39,398 bases of DNA from Promethearchaeati archaeon (GTDB lineage Archaea; Asgardarchaeota; Heimdallarchaeia; Heimdallarchaeales; Heimdallarchaeaceae), in assembly GCA_013166775.1 (NCBI GenBank), contig JABLTJ010000031.1, positions 1 to 39,398 on the forward strand. Direction: 5' to 3'. Below are positions 26,578-36,725 of the stretch, in pieces. The position numbers and the translations under genes are program-made. How positions within the stretch are numbered: the stretch's first letter is position 1; every line of letters begins with the position of its first letter. The notes beneath the pieces are model-generated. The model saw only the letters and a program-made list of their open reading frames with translations, had not been told where the DNA came from and did not search any database.

Positions 26578-26593
26578 TAGAGCTGGTATTCAA

Positions 26594-27016
26594 ATGAACG
26601 ACTCTTTTCCCGAGTTTTATTGTCCATTTAGTGATGAATGTTACGAGTGTTGTCTAGATACAGAAATGACGCTTTCAAATTTTGATGTTAAGAAAATAGA
26701 AGAAGGGGGTTACAATAGGAGAGATTTTTTAGAAGAAAAAGAGGGGTTTCTAATACTTCAAAACTTTGAAGGACACTGTTATTTCCTGAAAGATAAAAGA
26801 TGTTCAATCTACAAAATCCGACCACAGGGATGCAGATTTTATCCTCTAATCTATGATTTTGAAGTAGATGAAATTCTGATAGACGAACTATGTACAAATC
26901 ATACGGAATTTGATGCCGACGATTATGATTCAATATCAGAAGATGTAATAATCTTTGTAAATGAAATAGTTGAAGAGAAGGAAAAAAGACTCAAGAAAAA
27001 ATTAAGAAAGAAATAG
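26594..27016 (+). CDS. YkgJ-family cysteine cluster protein
   Basis: C...C.ECC...CYFL...CSIYKIRPQGCRFYP. Confidence 0.88.
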   Translation: MNDSFPEFYCPFSDECYECCLDTEMTLSNFDVKKIEEGGYNRRDFLEEKEGFLILQNFEGHCYFLKDKRCSIYKIRPQGCRFYPLIYDFEVDEILIDELCTNHTEFDADDYDSISEDVIIFVNEIVEEKEKRLKKKLRKK

Positions 27017-27028
27017 AAACACATGGTT

Positions 27029-28126
27029 TTACTCACGGAATCTATCCTCTAATTTTTGGAGAACAGCAGGAAGTGTTGTATATTCCATTTCACTTAAGGG
27101 AAGTCTACTTGGTTCAAAGGGTCCATGTCGTCTAATATATTCCGCAATTTCATTGCATTTATCTCTAGTAGCATCAAATGAAGGATCATCGAATAAATCT
27201 ACTCCACCAATTAATTGACCATTCTTCAGTTGGAAACCTAAGCCTACTACTCTTGGAGGACCATCGAATCTCACACATTGACTATAATCTAAGGATACAG
27301 GCATAAGAGGGCCTCTATGAGAACCTCTCATCCAACCAGAAACCAAATGACCTAAAGTAAAAGCTTCTACGATTTCACCTACAGCAGGGAATCCACTTTG
27401 ACTTCTTACGATAGCAACGGGATCATCCTTTCCTACATATTTACCTGCTATAAGAGCTAACTTATCTGTTGAAATAGCAGCAGCTCTTCCCAGATCGGGA
27501 TTTTTACTATCAACGTATTTTGTTACATATTTACCCGGTGCTCCAATTAAGGCTAAAAGATCATACATCTCTTCAGGGCATACTAAGTCTACGAATTTTG
27601 CTTCATACACATCCATAACAGAGAATTTGAAACCGGCATGTAATTTTGAATCTATAATTAATCCTGCAGTATTGAAGGGATTAGCAAACATCTGAAAAAT
27701 TGGATAATTAAAAGCACCTGGTTCTGTTTTATCCATTGCAAAAAACAATAAAGGTTCTGCAGGTCTCTCTTCGATTTCTAATTCAGCGCAACCAGGACCC
27801 ATTCCTTTTATATTCCCTGAGAAAGTATCTTTCAGAAGATCTTGTCCTGCTCCATACAAACCGATTTCTCTTGCTTCTTTTCCGAGAATCATAAAAGTAT
27901 CCCAAGCTAGTTTATGTATCTCTTCGCTATCAACACCTTTGTCATGAGTCAAGAGAAGCTCTGTATCGTCACCTGCATTGAATACAACGAAATCAAATAT
28001 CAGATTCTCATCTTTTGCTTTTTCCATCATTTCTTCAGCTCTTACCATAAGAGGTTCATAAACAGTCACATGCCCTGGACTGGACCCTATATCTGCTTTA
28101 ATCAAACTAATAGTTGTTTTTACCAT
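27029..28126 (-). CDS. fbp: Bifunctional fructose-1,6-bisphosphate aldolase/phosphatase (class V)
   Basis: IKADIG..PGH, GLYGAGQDLL, DKTEPGAFN, KYVGKDDP, GWMRGSH. Confidence 0.97.
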   Translation of the reverse strand: MVKTTISLIKADIGSSPGHVTVYEPLMVRAEEMMEKAKDENLIFDFVVFNAGDDTELLLTHDKGVDSEEIHKLAWDTFMILGKEAREIGLYGAGQDLLKDTFSGNIKGMGPGCAELEIEERPAEPLLFFAMDKTEPGAFNYPIFQMFANPFNTAGLIIDSKLHAGFKFSVMDVYEAKFVDLVCPEEMYDLLALIGAPGKYVTKYVDSKNPDLGRAAAISTDKLALIAGKYVGKDDPVAIVRSQSGFPAVGEIVEAFTLGHLVSGWMRGSHRGPLMPVSLDYSQCVRFDGPPRVVGLGFQLKNGQLIGGVDLFDDPSFDATRDKCNEIAEYIRRHGPFEPSRLPLSEMEYTTLPAVLQKLEDRFRE

Positions 28127-28257
28127 AATTTAGCTCCACGATTAAGTTTCGAAAATACCCAAAATACGGGTATCTAATACATATTACGTTTGATTAATTT
28201 AAACTTTTACCTTTAAAGATGAAAAATGTGGAAAAAAGAAAAGAAAAAAGTATAAAA

Positions 28258-29175
28258 TCACAGATTTTCTATTTTGAACCAGAGTTCAATTAAATCTTTA
28301 GATCCACCTACAAAACCTGCTCTCTGATGTAGATAGTGCATTTTTGTTAGTTTATTAATATCAAGTGGTTTAATATCCTCAAATTTTATTTCATGTCCAT
28401 CAGCAGTGATGTAAAATCCATCACCATTAACTTTCGAGAGGATGTATAGATAAGGAATGATTTCATAGATAAATCTCAACTTTGGAGCAAAATAACCAAA
28501 AACACCTGTTTTTTCGAAGACATTATTCATGTCTTGAACCATGCAACCGCCATATCTGTTTTTACCTTTAATATCAAGAGCATCAACGAAAAGCTTCTGT
28601 TTAGCAGAATGATTATTATATTTTCCTCCCAGCCCAAAAACAGGATTCTTGGAGGGACTTATATCTAAACTATCTCGAACTACGTGAAATGCGTCACCAT
28701 CGTGTATAAATTGTATAAAACCTATTTCAGTTGCAAGATCAAATCGAAGGTATAATGTAAAACTAACAGTTAAAGCTGCCACTGTATAACCTTCTTTGTT
28801 TATGATGTTGACAATTGCTCCTGGACTCCGTGTTCTAATGATTGATGACCCATCTATGAAATCACCTAGAATAATGAACTCGCCTGTTCCCTTCATTATA
28901 TTATTTTCATCAGTTTCTTCTCCCAACAAGAGAGAGTAAAGATGAGTAGATAATCTTTGCATAAAAAGCTCTTGAGTAGCTATATCAAGGCTTAACTGGT
29001 CATCTCCAGACACATTGATAGTACCTGAATAATCATGTTTTCCCAAAATAAAAGTAAGAATCTGTTCTGGGACATCTAAGCTGATTGTTATTAGTTCTCT
29101 TAAAATTTCTCTTAGAGAATCCGGTTGAATTTCCTCTAGATAGGAATCAATTGTTTGATATTTTTTAATTGACAT
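28258..29175 (-). CDS. Divergent class I FBPase/SBPase-family sugar bisphosphatase
   Basis: NVSGDDQLSLD, GEE, DFIDGSS, RYGGCMVQD, KLRFIYE. Confidence 0.8.
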   Translation of the reverse strand: MSIKKYQTIDSYLEEIQPDSLREILRELITISLDVPEQILTFILGKHDYSGTINVSGDDQLSLDIATQELFMQRLSTHLYSLLLGEETDENNIMKGTGEFIILGDFIDGSSIIRTRSPGAIVNIINKEGYTVAALTVSFTLYLRFDLATEIGFIQFIHDGDAFHVVRDSLDISPSKNPVFGLGGKYNNHSAKQKLFVDALDIKGKNRYGGCMVQDMNNVFEKTGVFGYFAPKLRFIYEIIPYLYILSKVNGDGFYITADGHEIKFEDIKPLDINKLTKMHYLHQRAGFVGGSKDLIELWFKIENL

Positions 29176-29186
29176 TTTCTCATACC

Positions 29187-30359
29187 CTAATAAGTTTTAG
29201 AAAGATTGTTTTCAGTGATATAATCTAAGCATACTACTGCAGAATCTTTCATTTTCAAAGCATCAATGAAAGCATTCATATCTACCTCAGCTTTTGAGAT
29301 AATTGCTTCTTTTGTTTCACCACTTATATTTTCAACTTCATTGGAAAATTCTTTCCAAGCATATTTCGAATGCTTTGCAAATGTCTTGTGCTCGTCTACA
29401 TCTTCCTTTCCATAGTTTTCTAGAACCCAGTTTCTAATTTTTCCGTATAACTCTGGTTCATAATCCTCTAGAATCTTTTGAACAAGTCGTTGCCAGAATG
29501 TGCCAATATTTCCTTTTGTTATATTTCCATGAGGGAAAGTTGAGGCAATAACTTCAACAGGTGTTCCAGTAATCCCATGTTGTGCAATACGAGTGTTAAA
29601 ACCTAATTTCTTGAATTCATCAATAATTTCTACAGTTCGTTGTACATTTATTCCCAATTGAGGAACAACATTACCTTCCGCATCCACACTTACACCGTGT
29701 GTAGAACCGTTTGCTATTGCAAGATAATCAATTTTGATTTTATTTTCCTCTAAGGTTTTAACATAATGAACCGCTTCTTCAACAGATGTAAATTCAGTTA
29801 TACCTATTTCTCCCACTTCACCCTCTAGACCATATGGAGATTCACCCATTTTTTTACCTAAGAAATCAAACAACATTAAACCTTTAGACAATATTTCTTT
29901 CAGTTGTCCTTCTACATTTTGTTCGTCTCTATCAAAAAGAAATGATGTATCTATTGCATAGCCTGTGAAACCTGCATTAACTCTGGCTTCTATCTCTTTC
30001 TTGAGATTGTCCATTTCTTCCTCAGTACCTTTCTTGAGAGTAAGATGATCTGCATGCAAAGCGTAAGCAAACCACTTTTCCTTTTCAGCAGCAGATTTAC
30101 ACCGGTCAGCGAATTTCTGAGGAGTATAACCTGTATAACCCCCACTAAGTGACATTTCACTTAATGCAAGCTCGAAAATCACTACAGATTTCTGATTCTT
30201 CGCAGCCCTTAGAATACCTCTTATTACTTCTTCAGTAGATCTTGGATTTATTGCTGCTATAATTGTTTCATGCCCTAAAAGCCCCCTAGCAATGTAGTTT
30301 AAAGGTAAGGGAGCTCTTGGTTTTTCAAAGTAAGTGTAAACATCTTTTTCTGAGACCAT
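29187..30359 (-). CDS. fba: Class II fructose-bisphosphate aldolase family
   Basis: LHADH, IDTS, EGEVGEIG, AIANGSTHG, AQHGITG, KGNIGT. Confidence 0.92.
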   Translation of the reverse strand: MVSEKDVYTYFEKPRAPLPLNYIARGLLGHETIIAAINPRSTEEVIRGILRAAKNQKSVVIFELALSEMSLSGGYTGYTPQKFADRCKSAAEKEKWFAYALHADHLTLKKGTEEEMDNLKKEIEARVNAGFTGYAIDTSFLFDRDEQNVEGQLKEILSKGLMLFDFLGKKMGESPYGLEGEVGEIGITEFTSVEEAVHYVKTLEENKIKIDYLAIANGSTHGVSVDAEGNVVPQLGINVQRTVEIIDEFKKLGFNTRIAQHGITGTPVEVIASTFPHGNITKGNIGTFWQRLVQKILEDYEPELYGKIRNWVLENYGKEDVDEHKTFAKHSKYAWKEFSNEVENISGETKEAIISKAEVDMNAFIDALKMKDSAVVCLDYITENNLSKTY

Positions 30360-30462
30360 CTATATTCACTGCTAAAGGGGATAGTAGTCTCTTTAAGAAT
30401 TTTTTCTTATACCCTTAACACAACATTTTATTTGAAATAGAAGAAAATGTTTAATGTAACGT

Positions 30463-32256
30463 GTGGTAGCTATGCCCAGTAGGAATATAGTGAACAAATT
30501 TGTTTCAATTATTTTTGTATTCCTATTGCTTATTTTTCTTAATCCCATTCAATCCTCTCAGTTAAATAAAACAGATGAAATCTTACAACAGAATTATACC
30601 TCTCATGATCCTATTCTTATTGAAGCTGACATCGATTTCATTTCAGGAGGATTTCCTGGATCAGGTAGCGCAGAGGATCCCTATAGAATTGAAAACTACA
30701 ATATTACCTCAATAACTGAATCATGTGGAATAAATATCAGCACAACAAGTAAATTCTTTGTTATTCAAAATTGTTATATCGATTGTGTTGATTACGGTAT
30801 CTGGATATCATGGGTAGGTTATAGTACTGTAGCAATTATCAATAATACAATCACCAATCACAATCTTATCGGTTTGAAACTTTGGGATGCATCTGGAGCA
30901 ATAATAAAGAATAACTCAATTATCAGTAGTTATGATGGATTATTAGCAGAAAATTGTGATGCGATTAATGTAATTGGAAATAATTGCACACTCAACAACA
31001 AAAAAGGAATCAACATTAGGTTTGGTGAGAACGTAACTCTGGAGGGTAATTATTGTTCCAGGAACGAAATTGGTTTAGATATTCGATTTTTTAGAAGCGT
31101 TAAAATTTTAAATAATACATTTTTCAAAAACATCGAATCTGGAGTTAGGATTTTCAACATATTCAATGCCTCATTCATATCAAATACTATAAAGAAAAAC
31201 AAAAATCAAGGCCTCTTAATAACTTATTCAGAGAGTGTAGAAATCAAAACAAATCATATAATTAACAATAGAAATGGTATCTGTTCTGAAGGATATTCTA
31301 ACTCCGAAATCTTCAATAATACTATCTACTCGAACTTAAATAGAGGTATAAGATTTTATTTATCTGATAAAAATCGCATAACTTACAATAGAATTAGGAA
31401 CAACTCTGCATATGGTATTTATTCGAATGCTTCAGATGATAATATTATCCACCACAATAATTTCATTGATAATAATCTAGGAGGCTTAAGTCAAGCATAT
31501 TCAGATGGTGACAGAAATAATACTTGGTTTGACATTACTAGTTTAGAAGGAAATTTTTGGTCTAACTGGTTCGGGGGCGGATATTATCAAATTGAGGGAT
31601 CAATAAGCTCTCATGATTTTTATCCATTAGAAGAACCAATTTTGATTCCACGTCCTTCAGAACCAATAGAACAAAACCCATATATTGTTTTCTGGGTGAT
31701 AATACCTCCTATTCTCTTTATTTCGGTTGTTTCATTAATCTCATTTATCTTAAATATAGGAGTAAGAAAGAGAATAAAACGTCGATCTGTTAGAGAAACT
31801 TTGACTTACATTGAAAAGAAGAGAAAAATAGCTTTTTCTGATGATGTAGGTGCTGCACTTTTTAGGTTTGGAATGGAGGGTGGAAATGTAGTGAGTGACG
31901 ACTTAAGATCATTAGAACTTAACTTAGAAATTTTCATTGGATACTGTTATGCAACCATAGGTTTAGGACAAAGGTATGAGACAGGAGTGTTTGGCCCCCT
32001 TCCTGCACCTTCTTTAAAAAAATATAATGTGATTATCTTCACATTTTGGGGATTAGATGATGAACCAAGTGATCCAAGATTAGAGGGGAAGCAATATTAT
32101 CTAGTTGCAATAATTTATCCTGAATCACAGAATAAGAACATAGTTAGAATAAATACTATGAATGACAAATTCAGAAATTATGTTAAGAAGTTCAAATACC
32201 CAAATAGAATGACTATTGAAGATTTGAATCATTTCAGAGAAATAGTTTTTGTTTAG
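30463..32256 (+). CDS. Membrane-anchored parallel beta-helix (NosD/CASH) protein with cytoplasmic C-terminal domain
   Basis: Signal peptide, GSGSAEDPYRIEN, Asn-rich PbH1 repeats, GNFWS, one TM, cytoplasmic 'FGPLP' domain. Confidence 0.85.
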   Translation: MVAMPSRNIVNKFVSIIFVFLLLIFLNPIQSSQLNKTDEILQQNYTSHDPILIEADIDFISGGFPGSGSAEDPYRIENYNITSITESCGINISTTSKFFVIQNCYIDCVDYGIWISWVGYSTVAIINNTITNHNLIGLKLWDASGAIIKNNSIISSYDGLLAENCDAINVIGNNCTLNNKKGINIRFGENVTLEGNYCSRNEIGLDIRFFRSVKILNNTFFKNIESGVRIFNIFNASFISNTIKKNKNQGLLITYSESVEIKTNHIINNRNGICSEGYSNSEIFNNTIYSNLNRGIRFYLSDKNRITYNRIRNNSAYGIYSNASDDNIIHHNNFIDNNLGGLSQAYSDGDRNNTWFDITSLEGNFWSNWFGGGYYQIEGSISSHDFYPLEEPILIPRPSEPIEQNPYIVFWVIIPPILFISVVSLISFILNIGVRKRIKRRSVRETLTYIEKKRKIAFSDDVGAALFRFGMEGGNVVSDDLRSLELNLEIFIGYCYATIGLGQRYETGVFGPLPAPSLKKYNVIIFTFWGLDDEPSDPRLEGKQYYLVAIIYPESQNKNIVRINTMNDKFRNYVKKFKYPNRMTIEDLNHFREIVFV

Positions 32257-32302
32257 AATCTAAGATAAGGAAGAAAAAAAAGAGATTAAAGAGTAGTAAA
32301 TG

Positions 32303-34099
32303 TCATATCATTCTATCTCTAATTGTGTCTTCTTTTAGCTTCTTTCTTTCTTCTTTGATACGCATTTTTGTGGCATGTTCGTAAGCTAATTCGTCTTTTG
32401 TATAAGGTTTCCCAAGAAAAACATATCTTATCTGAAAACGAATGGTGGTTTCTATTGATTGTAATAGCTTAATAATCTTGGGAGTTAATGGTCTTAGTTT
32501 TATGTATGAGTAAGTCATAGCAGCTAGAATTCCTACCCATAGAGGTAACAAATAGAGTACATAGAGCTTAATTCTATTATCCCATTTAGTTGGATTGAGA
32601 GCTTTGTTATATTCTTCAATGTTGGTGTAACCATCTTTATCAAAATCTAGTTGAGAGTCATCTTTTAATGGATCAAGACCATACTCAATTTCCCATCCAT
32701 CAATCATGTTATCATTGTCTGTATCACTTACTGCATAGTTTGTATTGTAAAACAAATCCTCTGATACATCATCTACTAGATCACCATCAGTATCAGGATA
32801 TCCTAAATGCTGATAACTACCTTGGAATGTCCACCAATTGCCTGATGCTTTGTTTGAAGAGGATGGAATTGTATAACATGTGACTTCTGGCGAAATGTAG
32901 CTTACTGTTATTAGCTCTAAAGAGCCATCATTGTTTAAATCTCCTAAACAGCTAGATGCAGCATAGTTATTTCTGTTGCAAACTAGTAAATCTTCACTAT
33001 CCCCAGTTGAATTGATTGTTACGAACTTACGTGATTTTCCTATTACTATCTCATTCTCTGAATCTCCATCAATATCCGCAATCATGGGAAAAAGTTGAAC
33101 ACCGGTATAATTCCATAATTGGTTTCCATTCATATCTAGACAGTATAAAGTATCACCCAAATGACTGTAACTCGACCATGAACCATAAGCAAGAATTTCC
33201 GGGTCCCCATCATTATTAATATCACATATCGTAGGTGCTAACCATATCCCTCCATCCTCTATTGAAGCATTCCATCTGTGAGTACCATCATAGTTCAAAC
33301 AGATTAATTTACGAAGCTTTGTAATTAATATAGCTAAAGTTCCATCATCGTCTATATTAATAACTGAAGGAGTGCACGAATAATAATAATCTTCTAAAAC
33401 ATAACTCCATTTAACGTCTCCGTTTTTACTAAAGCAATAGAAATTTCCATCAAATGCTTTCATCAAAAGCTCTATCTCCCCATCTCCATCAATATCAAAA
33501 GCTATTGGACTCCCAACAGGAGCGTATGGAGTTTCGAAATCTGAATTGAAAAAACTCTTTTTTCTTCCTTTATGATTTAAGAAAAAAGGATTACCATGTT
33601 CATTATTGACAATTATTTCTTTATGTCCATCTTTATTCAGATCAATTATACAGGGATACCATTGATGTACCCAGCCATCACATGCAGTTTTCCAAATAAG
33701 TTTACCTTTATGATTTATGCAAATAACAAAATTTCTTCCACCATTAGTTCCAAAAACTACATCTAACTTACCATCTTCATTTATATCAGCAATAGATAAT
33801 CGTCCATAAGTACCCTGACATTTATACGCCCATTTTATTTTCCCATTCGAATCTATGCAATATATTCGCGTATGAGAATCTTCTCTTGAATAAGAGCTGA
33901 TGATAACCTCGAATTCCCCATCTCTATCTAAATCAGCGATAATAGGAAAATCCGCAGAATTTAAGGAGACAGACCATAACTCAGAAGGCTCGTCATCAAC
34001 TTGTATTGAGATATTTTGAGAGCTTGTAATATTAATCGAATGCACGAATAATGAACAAATGAAACTAATTACAATCGTAGTTTGTAGTTTTCTTAACAA
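32303..34099 (-). CDS. FG-GAP/PQQ-like beta-propeller surface protein with Ca-binding DxDxD repeats and C-terminal TM
   Basis: Repeated D(I/L)xxDGxx(E/D) motifs, DTDGD/DTDND/DFDKDG, TM near the C-terminus. Confidence 0.85.
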   Translation of the reverse strand: MLRKLQTTIVISFICSLFVHSINITSSQNISIQVDDEPSELWSVSLNSADFPIIADLDRDGEFEVIISSYSREDSHTRIYCIDSNGKIKWAYKCQGTYGRLSIADINEDGKLDVVFGTNGGRNFVICINHKGKLIWKTACDGWVHQWYPCIIDLNKDGHKEIIVNNEHGNPFFLNHKGRKKSFFNSDFETPYAPVGSPIAFDIDGDGEIELLMKAFDGNFYCFSKNGDVKWSYVLEDYYYSCTPSVINIDDDGTLAILITKLRKLICLNYDGTHRWNASIEDGGIWLAPTICDINNDGDPEILAYGSWSSYSHLGDTLYCLDMNGNQLWNYTGVQLFPMIADIDGDSENEIVIGKSRKFVTINSTGDSEDLLVCNRNNYAASSCLGDLNNDGSLELITVSYISPEVTCYTIPSSSNKASGNWWTFQGSYQHLGYPDTDGDLVDDVSEDLFYNTNYAVSDTDNDNMIDGWEIEYGLDPLKDDSQLDFDKDGYTNIEEYNKALNPTKWDNRIKLYVLYLLPLWVGILAAMTYSYIKLRPLTPKIIKLLQSIETTIRFQIRYVFLGKPYTKDELAYEHATKMRIKEERKKLKEDTIRDRMI

Positions 34100-34254
34100 A
34101 TAAAATCCGTCCTTTGAATCTTATACTAGTTCAGTAGATACAACAATTTAAATTTATTTCACAATATTTATATTTTTAGTGAATCCATATAGTTTAATAT
34201 CTTATTTTTTTTGTCTTTTTTAATGAATATTTTCCCAAAATAGGAGGATTAAGA

Positions 34255-35256
34255 ATGAAATATAGAAAAGTTGGAAAATCAGGTTTAAAAATCAGTGAGA
34301 TTTCTATTGGATCTTGGTTAACATACGGTGGTACTGTTGAAGATGAAATGGCAAAGAAATGCATGGCAACAGCTTTAGAAAACGGAATAAATTTTATCGA
34401 TTCAGCAGAGATCTATGCTAGAGGCGGAGCAGAGAAGGTTATAGCAGATTTTCTTAAAGATGAGACTTACAACAGAAAGGATTTAGTAATTTCCAGCAAA
34501 CTCTTTTGGTCAATGAACGATAAAGATGTTAACAGATGGGGTTTAGGTCGTAAGAATATGATAAACGCAATCGAAGGAACCCTTGAAAGGCTAAACACGG
34601 ATTATATTGACATTTATTTTATGCACAGATATGATTACATGACACCATTACGCGAAACTGTTGAAATCTTGGACGAGCTTATTCGAGATGGAAAGGTGCG
34701 ATATTGGGGAACCTCAGTATGGACAGCTGCCCAATTGGAAAGAGCAAATGCAATTGCAAAGGATATTCGAGCTCATAAACCAGTTGTTGAACAACCTCTT
34801 TACAACATGTTCGTTAGATATATTGAATTGGAAATAATGTCAGTTGCAAAAACTCATGGAATGGGGTTCACTGTTTGGTCTCCACTTGCTCAAGGATTAC
34901 TCACAGGTAAATACAATGCTGGAATCCCTGAAGGAAGCAGAGCAGATAAATCTGAATTTTTGAAAAGGAATATTACTGAAGAAAATATTGCAAAAGTAAA
35001 GAAATTAGGAGAAATAGCTACATCTTTAGAGATAACGGTTGGGCAATTAGCACTTGCTTGGATACTTCGAAGACCTGAGATTTCTTGTGCAATAATAGGA
35101 GCAACAAAGCCTGAACATGTAGAAGAAAATGTTAAAGCTTCTGATGTAGTTTTATCAAAGGATATTTTAGAACAAATAGATGGAATTCTCGATAATGAGC
35201 CTGAATGGCCATTGACCTATAAACCCAATTTTTATCATAAAGATAAAATGAGATAA
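34255..35256 (+). CDS. Aldo/keto reductase (Kv-beta-like subfamily)
   Basis: GLKISEISIGSWLTYG, DSAEIY, SSK, MHRYD, WSPLAQGLLTGKY. Confidence 0.95.
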   Translation: MKYRKVGKSGLKISEISIGSWLTYGGTVEDEMAKKCMATALENGINFIDSAEIYARGGAEKVIADFLKDETYNRKDLVISSKLFWSMNDKDVNRWGLGRKNMINAIEGTLERLNTDYIDIYFMHRYDYMTPLRETVEILDELIRDGKVRYWGTSVWTAAQLERANAIAKDIRAHKPVVEQPLYNMFVRYIELEIMSVAKTHGMGFTVWSPLAQGLLTGKYNAGIPEGSRADKSEFLKRNITEENIAKVKKLGEIATSLEITVGQLALAWILRRPEISCAIIGATKPEHVEENVKASDVVLSKDILEQIDGILDNEPEWPLTYKPNFYHKDKMR

Positions 35257-35336
35257 AAATCTCATTTTTTTACATAATTTTTTTATAGTAGTTTTTTTCT
35301 ATAATAAGCCATTGTTGAATCTGTTTAAGTGGTAAA

Positions 35337-36713
35337 ATGCCTAAACTAACACGTCGTCAAAAGATTTATTTCGGTATGGGAAAATTTGGAACAGCACTAT
35401 TCATGCAAGTTGTTACAATTGCAACTGTTTATATCTATGGTTCTGCTTTTCAACTAGATTATAAACTAAATGCAATTGGAAATGCAGTTGGTAAAATATT
35501 CATAGCTTTTTCCGGATTTTTCTTTGGTTATCTTTCTGATATTTTGAAAAATCCAAAATGGGGAAGAAGAAAATTCTTTGTGTGGACAGGAACTCCAATC
35601 TTAGCGGTGTCATTTGTGATGTTATTTATCCCCCATTTTTTTATTCCATTGGATAAGGAAATCTTAGTTTTTGTATGGTTATTGGTTTGGTATGCGTTAT
35701 TTAATCTCTTCTATGGATATATAACAACGCCTTATCAAGCCTGGATGCCAGAAGTCACAACAGAAGATGACAGAGTAGGTATGTCTGCTATTCAAAATAC
35801 TACTAACCTATTTGCCACAATAGGCGGTTTAGCTTTTGCTTTTATTTTTTCTGGAATGCTTGATGAACAAATAGAAGAGGTTGGACCTACAGCTATTTTA
35901 GGTGAATTAGGAATTATACTTCTGGTAGCTGTACTTATTTTTGCCTTTATCGAGGTTTTAGCTTTCATTCCCGCATTATTAAGTATCAAAGAAGAACCTG
36001 TTGAAAGAAAAGAAAGAGACATTCTTAGAGAGTTCAAGATAGTCTTAACGAATAAAAATTATGTACTCTGGTTTATAACTCAAGGAATTTACTCAATGGG
36101 ATTAACAATTTTTACAGCACTTACATTTGATCTCATAGGTTTTCTAGGTCTTACGGGTATGGGAGATTTTGCTATATTCGCTGCAGCGATGTTTGGTACA
36201 ACTATGGTAAGTTTCATATTGTGGGAAAAATTATCTAAAAGAATAGGGAAAAGAATTGGTCTTCTAATCAGTTATGGATGTCTAATATTAATACTGCCAC
36301 TTACCTTAGTTTTAGGTAATATACCTTTGATACCCAATAATGTTGAAACCTGGATTTTTGGATTACTCCTCGGTTTTGGTTTATCAACAACTTATCTATT
36401 TCCCAATGCAATAATTGGAGATTTAGCTGACGAGGATGAAAGAATAACAAAAGAATCTCGAGCAGGAATGTATACCGGGTTCAATTCCATTCCGTTAAAT
36501 ATCTTCCAAGCTACAGCCTATTTGCTAGTTCCTTTTATTTACAATCCTGAACCAGGGGCAACCTACTTGGGATTGAAATGGTTAGGACCGATTGTTGCTC
36601 TATTTTTCTTACTCTCAATACCTACTATTATTATAGGAAATTATGATCCATTTATGGATATTATAAAAACTGGAGCTAAAGTTAAGAAGGAGAGTACTCC
36701 AGAAATAGAATAG
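35337..36713 (+). CDS. MFS transporter, GPH (MelB-like) family
   Basis: GYLSD..WGRRK, PYQAWMPE, DLADEDE...RAGMY; about 12 TM. Confidence 0.9.
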   Translation: MPKLTRRQKIYFGMGKFGTALFMQVVTIATVYIYGSAFQLDYKLNAIGNAVGKIFIAFSGFFFGYLSDILKNPKWGRRKFFVWTGTPILAVSFVMLFIPHFFIPLDKEILVFVWLLVWYALFNLFYGYITTPYQAWMPEVTTEDDRVGMSAIQNTTNLFATIGGLAFAFIFSGMLDEQIEEVGPTAILGELGIILLVAVLIFAFIEVLAFIPALLSIKEEPVERKERDILREFKIVLTNKNYVLWFITQGIYSMGLTIFTALTFDLIGFLGLTGMGDFAIFAAAMFGTTMVSFILWEKLSKRIGKRIGLLISYGCLILILPLTLVLGNIPLIPNNVETWIFGLLLGFGLSTTYLFPNAIIGDLADEDERITKESRAGMYTGFNSIPLNIFQATAYLLVPFIYNPEPGATYLGLKWLGPIVALFFLLSIPTIIIGNYDPFMDIIKTGAKVKKESTPEIE

Positions 36714-36725
36714 GAGAGGATTTAC

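Noticed and set aside
34255-35256. Kv channel beta subunit as a eukaryotic signature
   Set aside because: This aldo/keto reductase subfamily is widespread in prokaryotes and there is no channel gene nearby.
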